A program made the position numbers and the translations under genes. The notes beneath the pieces are model-generated. The model had not been told where the DNA came from. It saw nothing but the letters and a program-made list of their open reading frames with translations, and searched no databases. Below, in pieces: positions 8,628 to 18,504 of a stretch of 58,346 nucleotides of DNA (position 1 is the first letter of the stretch; each line of letters begins with the position of its first letter). Source of the DNA: Pseudomonadota bacterium (GTDB lineage: Bacteria > Bdellovibrionota_B > Oligoflexia > Oligoflexales > CAIYRB01); NCBI GenBank assembly GCA_031416315.1, contig JANOTL010000002.1:1-58346 (forward strand), written 5' to 3'.

Positions 8628-9926
8628 ATGCTGAGTCGAGTCACGAACGCGCTTTTTGGCGCGTCGCTCGCAATTATGGCATTGGAAGCGCGCGCGGCTT
8701 GCGAGTACGAGCCGCGCGATACGTCACGTCTCACAGTCCGCGACGGCTATCTGGATTTCATCGCGCCCGATGAGCTCCGGCCGTTTAAGGCGGCGCTACC
8801 GCGTGTGGCCGATCCGGCGCTCGAGCGCATTCTCCAGTCGCCCGACACGGTCTGGTACGACGAAGAGTCGATGGTCTTCATGTACCAGGACTCCGTCGAA
8901 GTCGTCGTGGGCGCGCGCGCCAACTGCGTCGGCCGTATGGTCGGCGAGCGCAACGCCAACAATCCGGCGATCCACAAGCTCGTCAACTACTTCGGCGAGG
9001 ACTACCGCTTTAGGTTCCCGTTCCGCACGGTGGCCGGCGCCGACGACGTCGAGAACATCCGCTCGCTCAACTTCTGGTCGCCGCCAAAAGCGAACGGCCA
9101 GACTTTGCCGGTGAAATACTGGAAGAACTCGGCGCGGGGCCGCTGGCACTGGCTCTTCCCGGTCGGCACGGTGATCGGTGAGGCGCTCTTCCAGCAGGGC
9201 CCCGACGGCCGTTGGCATCCGTTCGAGATCCGCACCCGCAAGCGCTACCTCGACGGCTGGGCCGTCGACCTCTTCCGTCCGTTTCCGACGGCCGCGAGCC
9301 TCGCGAGCAAGATCCAGGCGCAGCGCCCCGAGTGGCAGAGCGACTCGAACGTGGCGCGCTTCGTCGAGCATCTGCTCGACGCGACGACTCTTGAAAGCCA
9401 CCGCCTGGTCTCCGAGGCCTTCGGCAAGATCTTCCCGCCGATCGAGGGGGCGCTCGACGTTCTGCCCGAACTGCAGGACAAAGCGCTGCTCGCCTCGCTC
9501 CTGGACACGACGACCTTCGTCTCCACCGAGGGGGCGATCTGGAAGCGAAACGGCGCGAAGGAGGCCTACGCGCCGGCCTCCGCCGCCGACTTCGGCATCG
9601 TCCCGAAGGGCTACAAGATGGGCCTGATTCCCGTGAACGAGGTCTCGTGCAACCGCTGCCACGACCAGACGAGCCGCGGCCTCGGCGCGCTGGAGATGGA
9701 CGTCATCCTCTACGGCGAGATCTGGGGCGAAGATCGCATCTTCACGTGGCACCTCTTCGAGCCCCATCGCTACATGTTCGACACCTGGGACGACTCCGAC
9801 TCGGCGAGCCGCACGGTCAATCCGCGCCTCGTGCAGTCGAACCTGATCCGGATGGAGCGCCCCGCCGCGGGCGACCCGGTCTACAAATCCTTGCCGCGAG
9901 GTTTTCCGGACGCGGACGCGCGCTGA
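8628..9926 (+). CDS. Secreted hypothetical protein with one CxxCH heme-c motif
   Basis: Signal peptide; SCNRCH; GC3-rich codon usage. Confidence 0.8.
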   Translation: MLSRVTNALFGASLAIMALEARAACEYEPRDTSRLTVRDGYLDFIAPDELRPFKAALPRVADPALERILQSPDTVWYDEESMVFMYQDSVEVVVGARANCVGRMVGERNANNPAIHKLVNYFGEDYRFRFPFRTVAGADDVENIRSLNFWSPPKANGQTLPVKYWKNSARGRWHWLFPVGTVIGEALFQQGPDGRWHPFEIRTRKRYLDGWAVDLFRPFPTAASLASKIQAQRPEWQSDSNVARFVEHLLDATTLESHRLVSEAFGKIFPPIEGALDVLPELQDKALLASLLDTTTFVSTEGAIWKRNGAKEAYAPASAADFGIVPKGYKMGLIPVNEVSCNRCHDQTSRGLGALEMDVILYGEIWGEDRIFTWHLFEPHRYMFDTWDDSDSASRTVNPRLVQSNLIRMERPAAGDPVYKSLPRGFPDADAR

Positions 9927-9974
9927 GGTCGACGCTGAAATTCTAGGGCTCTAGGCATCTGATTGGGGGGAACC

Positions 9975-10433
9975 ATGAAGATCCGTAGAGGCGGCGCACG
10001 CCGTGCGTCCGCCTTGCTCATCGCCTTTGTCTCGTTTTGGGGGGCTGAGGCCCGTGCCGAAGGCTATACGGCCGATCCGCTCTACGCGGCGGCAAAGCTC
10101 AGGCATTACTGCAAGGCGTGTCACGCCGTCGGGACGATGAAGTTCATCACGACGGAAGACGACCGCGAGCTTTGGGCCTCGCTCTTCACGGAGCGCGCGC
10201 CGCGCACGGGGAAGCTCTGGGCGGAGGGGATCGTCGAGGTCCTCGCCTGGCCGAGCGACGCGCCGCCGCCGTTCGACTCCGTCATGGACCCGCCGTCGAA
10301 CCGGGACTGGATGCCGAAGGGGCAAAAACGTCTGGAGTTGGCGGCCGAGCGGGATGGGACGACCGTTGTGCGGCGCTCGATCGTCGACGCCCTGCGCGCC
10401 GAGTTGGATAAGACAGCAAAATCAAATGATTAG
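9975..10433 (+). CDS. Small secreted putative c-type cytochrome
   Basis: Signal peptide; YCKACH; distal WMP as possible Met axial ligand. Confidence 0.7.
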   Translation: MKIRRGGARRASALLIAFVSFWGAEARAEGYTADPLYAAAKLRHYCKACHAVGTMKFITTEDDRELWASLFTERAPRTGKLWAEGIVEVLAWPSDAPPPFDSVMDPPSNRDWMPKGQKRLELAAERDGTTVVRRSIVDALRAELDKTAKSND

Positions 10434-10512
10434 TCTAACAATCTAGACGACTTGCCTGCAAAATGATAGAAGGTCCGGTTAGGCACCCGCTGCCTCGCTG
10501 GAGCTTCTGCTT

Positions 10513-11784
10513 TTGCTCTCACGCCTCCTTCCCCGACTCCTGGTCCTCGCCGCACTCGCCACCCCGGAAGCTCACGCCGTGGTCGGCGAGGCCGCGCTCG
10601 TCGCCCCCCCCGCGCCGTTCCATGCGCCGGTGCTGCCACCCGCGCTCGCGCCCTTTCTCCAGTCTTGGGCCGAGCAGCGCACCCCGACCGCAACGGCGGT
10701 CAACGCCGCCATGCGCGAGGCGGACGTCTCATTCCTCGAGGCGACGATGCCTACCGCCTATGCCGGCTACGAAGCCGCGAGCCGCGCCGGCTTTTCCTGG
10801 TCGGCCGCGTTCGCTGGGCTCCGGGAGCTTTCCGGCACGCTCACGATCGACGAGTGGCAAGCGCGGGTGGCCGCGGCCTTTAGCCGTCTCGATGACCAGC
10901 ACTTGGGCCTGCAGCGCATCGGAGAAGGCGGAAGCCTCGGCGCCTGGAGCGCGGTGGCGCCCCGTCCCGAGCGCAGCGGCCCGCCGCGCCGCGACCGTCC
11001 GCGCCAGCCGACCGAGCGTCGCCTGGCCGAAGGCGTTCACGTCCTCGCGATTCACGATTTCTTCGCCCGCGACCAAGCCACTTGGAAGCCGCTGCGCGAC
11101 GCGGCCGAGCGTCTGCGCGGGGCGAAGACCATGGTCGTAGACCTCCGCGGCAACGGCGGCGGGGACGACGACCCCTTCTACCGCTTCCTCGTCGATCTCA
11201 CCGGCAAGAGCATTCCCACGGCCCGCTTCCGTCGGCTGCAGACGCCACTCTCGCAGGTCGCCCTCGTCAACCTCTTCACGCGCTACCTTTCGACCAACGC
11301 CGCGGATCGCGCTTGGCAAGAGCGCTCGCAGCATTGGCACGACGTTTACCTCCAACGCTTGGCAACGACCTCGGCCCCGAACGTGACGACGCCGACCTGG
11401 GACGAGTGGGACCGCGCCGACAGCGCTGCCGCGCCTGCCGTCCTCCAGCCCTTTCAAGGCCGCTTCGTCGTCCTCGTCGACCGCTTCTGCGCCTCGGCCT
11501 GCGAGCTCGCCGTGAAAACCCTCAAGAGCCTCCCCGGCACCGTGGTCGCCGGCGAGCCCACCGCCGGCATGGCCGTCTACGGCGACAACTTCGCGCGGCG
11601 GATGCCGGGCTCGGGGCTCGCCTTCTTCTGGGGCCACTGGCAGGAGATGGATTTGGCGGCGGGGGCTTATGGCTTCCGGGAGGGGAAGGGGTTTGTGCCG
11701 GATGTGGCGGTGAGTCCGGAGTCTTTGGATGCGGATGCGGAGCTCCTGCGGCTGGTCTTCGCGGTGAGCGCGCCTAAGGCGTGA
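10513..11784 (+). CDS. S41 family (tail-specific/IRBP-like) peptidase, secreted
   Basis: VDLRGNGGG, CASACE, GEPTAG, EGKGFVPD. Confidence 0.88.
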   Translation: MLSRLLPRLLVLAALATPEAHAVVGEAALVAPPAPFHAPVLPPALAPFLQSWAEQRTPTATAVNAAMREADVSFLEATMPTAYAGYEAASRAGFSWSAAFAGLRELSGTLTIDEWQARVAAAFSRLDDQHLGLQRIGEGGSLGAWSAVAPRPERSGPPRRDRPRQPTERRLAEGVHVLAIHDFFARDQATWKPLRDAAERLRGAKTMVVDLRGNGGGDDDPFYRFLVDLTGKSIPTARFRRLQTPLSQVALVNLFTRYLSTNAADRAWQERSQHWHDVYLQRLATTSAPNVTTPTWDEWDRADSAAAPAVLQPFQGRFVVLVDRFCASACELAVKTLKSLPGTVVAGEPTAGMAVYGDNFARRMPGSGLAFFWGHWQEMDLAAGAYGFREGKGFVPDVAVSPESLDADAELLRLVFAVSAPKA

Positions 11785-11787
11785 TTG

Positions 11788-11815
11788 TCCCGCCGTAGCC
11801 TTGGCGAAGGCGGGA
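11788..11815. repeat. REP-like palindrome TCCCGCCGTAGCCTTGGCGAAGGCGGGA
   Basis: 7-bp terminal arms around an internal GCC-TT-GGC stem; intergenic; resembles GTAG-containing REP elements. Confidence 0.6.
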
Positions 11816-11857
11816 TCGCTTGTTCCCGGGACCAACCCCCGATGCTATGCTCCCGCA

Positions 11858-14800
11858 ATGTCACCCAGTTTCCGCCTAATCGCGGCCTTATGCCTCTTTT
11901 GGCTCCTCGCTCCGCGCGAAGCCTTCGCGGCCCCGTGGACCGCTGAGCCCGGCCTTTTGCCGCCGGCGCAAGCAGCGCGTCTGCACGCGCGCCACAAGGA
12001 CGTCGCGACGCCCGAAGATCTCGAGGTCTTGCTCCGCGACATCGACCGGATCGTCCCGGTGGCGCGCCTGGAGGCGCGCAGGGAGGGCGCCGGCTGGCAG
12101 ATCTACGGCAAGCGCGCCAAGGTCGTGAAGGACCTCGAGCTCGACCTCACAGGTCGCACGCTCTCGAATCCACTCTTCGCCGCCGTCCAGAGCTACGTGG
12201 GCCACGTCGACTCCGCCGAGATTCGCGGCAAGATCCAGGAGGCGGCGCTCCGCTACCTGAAGCGCCGCGGCTATCCCAACGCGAAGCTGAAGCTGAAATC
12301 CGAGGACAAGGACGACGGCGTCATCTATCTCGTCGACGTCAACGAGGGCAATCCCTGCGTCCTCTCGAAGATCGAGCTCGGCTTCCGCCTGCCGCCGAAG
12401 ATCCGCCTCGACTTGAAGCCGGGAGACCTCTGCGACCGCGACGACATCGAGGCGAAGACCTCGGCTTTGGAGCTCGAGCTGCGCGACGCCGGCTACAATC
12501 AGCTCAAGATCGAGGCGTCCGAGCTCGCCTACGACGAGAGCATGGATACGGCTCGCGTCTACGTCACGGGCATCCTCGGCCAAAGGGTGCGTTACGAGAT
12601 CGTCGACTCCGCCAAGCGTTTCCTGATCGACGACATCTTCGCCGACGAGGAGCTGACCAAGGTCGACCCGACCATCGTCGGCCCGGACGCCATGGGCGCG
12701 GAGCTTGCCCGCCGCTACCGGAGTCGCGGCTTCTCCGACGTCGTCATCAAAGGCCCCGAGGTGCGCAAGGTCGGCGAGGACGAGTTCGTCTACGTCTACA
12801 ACGTCGACCCGGGTAAACAATACATCTTGAAGAGCGTCAGCTTCGAGGGCGTCACCGTCTTCACCGAGGAGGAGCTCCTTGACACGATGAGCCTGAAGAG
12901 CCTCTGGCAGACCTCGCGCCCCCTGAACCTCGAGGAAATGCAGCAAGGCCTGAACTCGCTACGCGGCAAATACCAGGAAAAAGGCTACTGGGACGCCAAG
13001 GTCAGGGACCCCGGGACCGGCCAGAAGGACAAGGAGACCGGCACCGTCCGCCTGGCGATCCAGGTCGAGGAGGGCCTGCAGCGGATCCTGAAGTCGATCG
13101 ACGTAAAGGGCGCTGCCAATATCTCGGCGGCCGACATCGAGGAGCTCCTCCAGACTCCGATCGACGGCCCACTCGACCGCGCCCGGCTCGTCGATTTCCA
13201 GCAGGACGTGCGCGCCGCCTATCAGGCGCAGGGCTTCCTCTACGCCGACGTGAAGATCGACCTCAAGGCCTCGGAGGTGAAGCGTCGCGTGATGGTCGAC
13301 GTCACCGTCACCGTCCAGGAAGGCACGCGCGTCAAGATCGGCGACGTGCTCATCGTCGGCCTCACCGTCACCGAGGAAAAAGTCGCGCGCCGCGAGCTCT
13401 TGTTCAAGACCGGCGACTGGTACGAGCCCGAGCGCATCGCGCTGTCGCGCCAGGCCCTGACGCGCTTGGGCCTCTTCCGCTCCGTGCAAATCTTCCCGAC
13501 CGACCGCAATGCGGTCAACGACAAGGAAGCGCTCCTAGACCTCACCGTCGACGTGCGCGAGGGGAAGCCCGGCTCCGTCTCCTTCGGCCCAGGCGGGAGC
13601 CTCTACCGCGGCTGGAACTACGAAGCCGAGGCGTCCTACACCAACTTCGGCGGCGTCAATCGCCAGGCCTCCGTGCGCGGCTCGATCAGCGAGGAAAGGA
13701 ACCAGGAGCCGATCGGCGACAAGACGCTCGTCGGCCGCAAGATCGGCGCCGGCTACGTCGAGCCCTGGATCTTCGACCTGCCGATCGACATGGTGATCAG
13801 CACCTCGCAGAAGGCCGAATGGGGCAGAGACCTTTGGGAGCTGTCGACGGCCGGCGAGGTCGCGTTTCAGCACAAGTTCCGCGAGTGGATCCCCGACGCC
13901 TTCGTCGCCGTGTTCTACGGGCAAAAGATCGCGAAGACGGAGGGCTTCGCCGAGCGCGAGGACGAGCTTTACGCGACCGACGTGCGCATCGGCCAGACGG
14001 GCGTCCGCTTCGGCATCGACAAGCGAGACAACGTCCGCTTCCCCTCGAGCGGCTTCACCTTCGACCACGAGTTCGCCTGGGCTCGCTACGGCTTGGGCGG
14101 CGATTTGCGCTTTTTCCGTTGGGACGTGAGCACGAGCCACTATTACGGAATTCTCGACGACCTCGTGGCCGCGCTCAACATGAGCGTCGCCTCCTACGAC
14201 GGCATCCAGCGCAAAAGCGGCGATCTCATCGGCATCCTCCCGGTCTCCGAGCGGCTCTTCGCCGGAGGCATCGACACGGTCCGCGGTTTTCGGCCACGCA
14301 CCTTGGGCCCGGTGGCGCGCAGCCCCGTGTTCAATTACACGGCGAAGTCGACCGACCCGGTGACCCAAGTGACGACGCCGGAGAAATGCACCGTCGGCTC
14401 TTACACCAACAACGTCCTCGACGGCTCGAGCCGCACCGTGATCAAGACGGAGCTTCGCTACCGCGTCACGGACGCGACCGCCGTCACCGGTTTCGTCGAC
14501 AGCGGCGCCGTCTTCTTCTCGCAGGACCAAATGGCGAAATTCCAGACGGCGTACCGCGATCCCGTCGACCACGAACAAGACGCGTGCGATGCGCTGCAGC
14601 AGCATCGCAGCGTCGAGGACAACATCGGCTACGACTACTCCTCGCTCGTGCGCAATCCTGGCTACCTATGGAGTCGCCATTACTATTCGTACGGGGCCGC
14701 CTTCAGCTTGCTGACCGCGCTCGGCTCGGTGAACCTCGCATACGGCCTTCCCTGGCGCGAGCCGACGACCGATGCTTGCGCTAACGATCCGGAATACTGT

Positions 14801-14875
14801 TACCGCCGTGGCAAGAGCAAGGGGCACTGGATCACGCGGGGCGAGTTCAGTCTCGACGTCGGCGCGCGTTTCTAG
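11858..14875 (+). CDS. Omp85 family (BamA/TamA-like) outer-membrane protein with multiple POTRA domains
   Basis: Repeated POTRA motifs (Y..RGY, YQEKGY, YQAQGF, LTRLGLFRSV), VRGF lid motif, FVDSG, terminal Phe. Confidence 0.9.
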   Translation: MSPSFRLIAALCLFWLLAPREAFAAPWTAEPGLLPPAQAARLHARHKDVATPEDLEVLLRDIDRIVPVARLEARREGAGWQIYGKRAKVVKDLELDLTGRTLSNPLFAAVQSYVGHVDSAEIRGKIQEAALRYLKRRGYPNAKLKLKSEDKDDGVIYLVDVNEGNPCVLSKIELGFRLPPKIRLDLKPGDLCDRDDIEAKTSALELELRDAGYNQLKIEASELAYDESMDTARVYVTGILGQRVRYEIVDSAKRFLIDDIFADEELTKVDPTIVGPDAMGAELARRYRSRGFSDVVIKGPEVRKVGEDEFVYVYNVDPGKQYILKSVSFEGVTVFTEEELLDTMSLKSLWQTSRPLNLEEMQQGLNSLRGKYQEKGYWDAKVRDPGTGQKDKETGTVRLAIQVEEGLQRILKSIDVKGAANISAADIEELLQTPIDGPLDRARLVDFQQDVRAAYQAQGFLYADVKIDLKASEVKRRVMVDVTVTVQEGTRVKIGDVLIVGLTVTEEKVARRELLFKTGDWYEPERIALSRQALTRLGLFRSVQIFPTDRNAVNDKEALLDLTVDVREGKPGSVSFGPGGSLYRGWNYEAEASYTNFGGVNRQASVRGSISEERNQEPIGDKTLVGRKIGAGYVEPWIFDLPIDMVISTSQKAEWGRDLWELSTAGEVAFQHKFREWIPDAFVAVFYGQKIAKTEGFAEREDELYATDVRIGQTGVRFGIDKRDNVRFPSSGFTFDHEFAWARYGLGGDLRFFRWDVSTSHYYGILDDLVAALNMSVASYDGIQRKSGDLIGILPVSERLFAGGIDTVRGFRPRTLGPVARSPVFNYTAKSTDPVTQVTTPEKCTVGSYTNNVLDGSSRTVIKTELRYRVTDATAVTGFVDSGAVFFSQDQMAKFQTAYRDPVDHEQDACDALQQHRSVEDNIGYDYSSLVRNPGYLWSRHYYSYGAAFSLLTALGSVNLAYGLPWREPTTDACANDPEYCYRRGKSKGHWITRGEFSLDVGARF

Positions 14876-14908
14876 GCGGATGCGGACGATCGCGTCTCCT
14901 GCAGTCGA

Positions 14909-15880
14909 CTACCACTCGCCCGGCCGCCAACAATAAACCGACGCATTATGATAATCGTCCGGCACCGCCGAGCTCGCCCAGAGCCACCCGTCGCCGTCAG
15001 CGGAGAAGTTCGTCAACTCTTTCACCCGCGCAGGGAAGATCCACTCCCTCTTCGTTCGCACGACGCGGTCGCAGCTCTCGTACTTGAAGCCGACGGCATT
15101 CTTGCGGCTCGCGTCGCCGATCAGGATCAGGCGCTCCGCCTCGCGGACCGCGATGCCGACGACGTCGGCCGGCCGCAGATCGCCGACCATCTCGACCTTG
15201 CAAGAGCGGGAGACGACGCAGGAGGACGGCTCCTCGCTCGGGCATTCGAGCTCCAGCAGCGGATGTCCCGCGATGCGCGTCGCCGCGAAATACGCGCGAC
15301 CGGGCGCACCCTTCGCGCGCCAGCTCGCGGGCACCGGCGCGAGCCCCGCGATCTTCACGCCTAGGGTCTTCTGATAGGCCGTCGCGAAAGCCCCGCGAAA
15401 ACGCGCGATCTCGCCCGCCGTGCCCTCGCCGCCGCGATCGCGCGGCGGCTTCAGCGTGTCCCAGGGCACGCCGCGCCGGCTCACCTCGGCCCAGGAAAGC
15501 GGGTCGGTCTCGATGAAGAAAAAGCCGGAGCCGTCGAAGACCAAGCCCTTGCCGAGCGCCCGGTCGATCGCGCGCCACTCGACTTCGGGCGGCACGCGCA
15601 TCGGCTTGGCGATCTCGTGTCTCGACTGATCGGTGATCTTGCCGAACATCTCGGCCTTGGTCTTGCCGCCCTGGCGGAAGGGCGCCGAAACCGCGAAGAC
15701 TCGCCCGCGCGGCAAGAAAACGACTCGGTCGTCGAAGCGGCCGACCGCGACGATGCCGTGGGTGACGGTCTCCAGGGCGCAGGCATCCGCCGGAAACGCC
15801 AAATCCTTGACGCCGCCGCCGGCCGCGCGGCCCGCGCCGCTCACGAAGACACTGGCCAAAATGGACAAAATCCAGCGCAT
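14909..15880 (-). CDS. Secreted hypothetical protein
   Basis: ATG 15880 preceded by GGAGG; N-terminal signal peptide; coding-like codon usage. Confidence 0.7.
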   Translation of the reverse strand: MRWILSILASVFVSGAGRAAGGGVKDLAFPADACALETVTHGIVAVGRFDDRVVFLPRGRVFAVSAPFRQGGKTKAEMFGKITDQSRHEIAKPMRVPPEVEWRAIDRALGKGLVFDGSGFFFIETDPLSWAEVSRRGVPWDTLKPPRDRGGEGTAGEIARFRGAFATAYQKTLGVKIAGLAPVPASWRAKGAPGRAYFAATRIAGHPLLELECPSEEPSSCVVSRSCKVEMVGDLRPADVVGIAVREAERLILIGDASRKNAVGFKYESCDRVVRTKREWIFPARVKELTNFSADGDGWLWASSAVPDDYHNASVYCWRPGEW

Positions 15881-16011
15881 GCCACCTCCCCCGCCGGGCG
15901 CCTCGAGAGGCGTCCCCACCAACGCAGTATAGCTTGGTACAATCAAAGGACCTCGACCTCTCTCGCCCCACTCATTCGCACTCTTCGCTTTTCCCGGAGC
16001 CCACCGTGGAC

Positions 16012-18504
16012 ATGCCTTATCTCTCGCGCCGCGACAAAGCGGGGCGCCTGCAAGCGCTTGCCGAGCTCGGCAAGACCTCGAAGCATCTGCCGACGACGCT
16101 CGTCGAAGATCTCCTCCTCCTCGACTTGGGCTTGGACGAGCGCGTCCTTCTCCTTGAAGCGGCAGGAAGCGGCGACCGCCGTGTTCTCGAGCACTTTCTC
16201 ACGAGCCAGTTTCAGGCCGCGCACCAGGACTTGGCCGCGCTCGCGGTCAGGCTCTGGGCGCTGAAGAGCGACCACCTCATGTGGTTCCGCGTGCTCGCGG
16301 CGGCGCGCGCGCCCCTCGTGCCGCAGCGCGTCCTTTATACCGCGCTCGATTTCGCGGCCGACGGCGGCGGCGCGCTCCTCGTCGAGGAGGCGGCCAAGCG
16401 CGAAGGCCTCGAAGAGCTTTCGCCCGCATTCTGGAGCCTCGTGCTCACGCGCGCCGTGCAATGGAACGTCGAGACTCCGCCTCTGACCAAGCTCGCGGCC
16501 AAGATCGTGGGCGAGCTCGACGCGCCGTATGCGCCCGACAACAAAGCCGTCCCCGCGGCACTCAGCTACGTCGCGCGCTTCGCGCCGAAGGAAATCCATG
16601 CGCTTCGCGTCGCGAGCCGCGTCGCCGAGCCGTGGCGCGACGTCGTCCGCGCGATCGCTTTGACGTTGGAAGAAGGCGAGGCCCAGCGCGAAGTCCTGAC
16701 GAAGCTTGCACAAAAACCGCCGAAGACCAAAGCGACCTTCCGTTGGCTCGAGACCATGCCGCCCCTTTGGCTGCGCTTCGAGCTCGACTCCGCCACGGTC
16801 GCCGCGGCGTTGACGACGATGGACCCCGCCGCGGACGACCGTCTGGGTTTCGAGCCATTCGGCGGCGTCAAAGAGCAGGTGCTCGTCGACGCGCTCGCGC
16901 AGGTGAAGGACGACGCCGCATTCGGGCGCGCCGTCGCGCGCGTCTTGGGCCTCCTGCCGAGACCGGCGCCCGCGAGCTTCCTCGACCGCCTGAAGGACCG
17001 GATCCGCGGCTCGCAGGATCCCGCCCAACTCTTGGGCCAGCTGCCGTTGAGCTTGCGCCTCGCCTTGACCGGCGAGGATCAGGCGCTGAAGCAGGAGGAG
17101 CAAGACGTCCTCGGCCGCTCGCCGAAAGTGCGCGCGGCGCGCTTCGTCGAGCCGCAGATGGACGGGCCGGATTTCGCCGCGCGCCGCGCCTTCTTCGACT
17201 GCGCCTTTCGTAACCTCGCGCCCTCGGCCGGACGCGCCAAAGACCCGCCGCACGGCTTCTTTCCGCTCCTCCTCGACGCGTGGACGGCGCCCACGGAGCC
17301 GAAGCTCGCGGCGCTCGCGCAGGCCTCGCGCCAGGTCGAGGGCGTCTTGCGCCTGGCCTACGTCGCGACCCTCGGCCGGTTCCGCGGCGAGGATCAAGCG
17401 GCTTTGAAGACTTTGGACTTCATCCGCTCGAAAGAAGAGGACGATCTGCGCGCCGTCGCGCACGCCCTCGACGGCATCGGCACGCCGCGCGCGACGCAAG
17501 AGCTCGTCTCGACCTTGACCCGTCCGAACGTGGCGCCGGCGTTGCAGCTGGAGATCTGCGGCATCCTGCGACGCCACGACGTCGGCAACCTGCAGAACGA
17601 GCTGCGCTCCGCCATCGGCGACCTGGTGACGCGGGAAGGCCAGAGCGCGGAGGCACGCGAGGTGCGCGAGGCCTTGGCGGGCCTTATCTCGCCGAACGCG
17701 CCGCAGGCCGCGGGCTCCGCCCCGCAAGCGAGGTCTTCGCCAAATGCGGGCGCCAGCGACCTCGAGCTCGATACCGCCTTGGCCGGCAAGATCCCGCACT
17801 ACCGCGAGCTGTCGAGTGAGGTGAAGCGCGCGCTGCGTACGTCGCAGTATTTTCACCTCCAGGTGCTCAGCACCGGCGCCCCGGAGTCGATCGACCTCTC
17901 GCCGGTCATCGACATGCAGTACAAAGCGCTCGAGCTCTTCTTCCGCGAGCAGTTCGAGGAGCCCTGCTCCCGCCTCATTCATCAAGGCATCCTGCAGCGC
18001 CGTCTGGACGTGATCGGTTACGCACGACCGGTGCCGCGCGCGATGGACGAATTCGAGGCCTTCGTCGCGCAGCTGCCGACGATCCGCGACATCCCCTTCT
18101 TCAGCAAGTTCAAGCTGCGCAAGCTCCTGCGCGCCATCTGTCAGTTCCGGCCGGGCAAGCGCTTCACGCTCGACGGCTTGAAGGCTTTCGCCCTCTTCTT
18201 CCTCTGCTTCGGCAGAAGCGACTGCCGTTACGGCCTGGGCGGGCTCTTCCCGCTCGGTCTGGCCGGCGACGCGGCGCTTTTCAGCTTCTGCAAAGAGCTG
18301 CACGTGATGCAGGATTTTCGCAACCGCGCCGCGCACGAGGGCTTCCACCCGGACGCCTCGAGCGACATCGAAGGCATCTGGCGCGCGACGGCGGAGATCG
18401 TGCAGATCGCCTGGCGCGTAAAGACCTGGCTCGACGGCGGCGCCTCCGTCCACAACGTCGCACAGCATCGGCCCGCGCCGATCATCGAGAAGAAGGTGTC
18501 GTGA
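16012..18504 (+). CDS. Alpha-solenoid (HEAT-like) protein with a C-terminal HEPN-like domain
   Basis: Leu/Ala helical repeats (LRAVAHALDGIGTPRATQELVSTL); C-terminal DLSPVIDMQYKALE...FRNRAAH with RxxxxH at 18319-18336. Start lies between 15934 and 16012. Confidence 0.75.
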   Translation: MPYLSRRDKAGRLQALAELGKTSKHLPTTLVEDLLLLDLGLDERVLLLEAAGSGDRRVLEHFLTSQFQAAHQDLAALAVRLWALKSDHLMWFRVLAAARAPLVPQRVLYTALDFAADGGGALLVEEAAKREGLEELSPAFWSLVLTRAVQWNVETPPLTKLAAKIVGELDAPYAPDNKAVPAALSYVARFAPKEIHALRVASRVAEPWRDVVRAIALTLEEGEAQREVLTKLAQKPPKTKATFRWLETMPPLWLRFELDSATVAAALTTMDPAADDRLGFEPFGGVKEQVLVDALAQVKDDAAFGRAVARVLGLLPRPAPASFLDRLKDRIRGSQDPAQLLGQLPLSLRLALTGEDQALKQEEQDVLGRSPKVRAARFVEPQMDGPDFAARRAFFDCAFRNLAPSAGRAKDPPHGFFPLLLDAWTAPTEPKLAALAQASRQVEGVLRLAYVATLGRFRGEDQAALKTLDFIRSKEEDDLRAVAHALDGIGTPRATQELVSTLTRPNVAPALQLEICGILRRHDVGNLQNELRSAIGDLVTREGQSAEAREVREALAGLISPNAPQAAGSAPQARSSPNAGASDLELDTALAGKIPHYRELSSEVKRALRTSQYFHLQVLSTGAPESIDLSPVIDMQYKALELFFREQFEEPCSRLIHQGILQRRLDVIGYARPVPRAMDEFEAFVAQLPTIRDIPFFSKFKLRKLLRAICQFRPGKRFTLDGLKAFALFFLCFGRSDCRYGLGGLFPLGLAGDAALFSFCKELHVMQDFRNRAAHEGFHPDASSDIEGIWRATAEIVQIAWRVKTWLDGGASVHNVAQHRPAPIIEKKVS

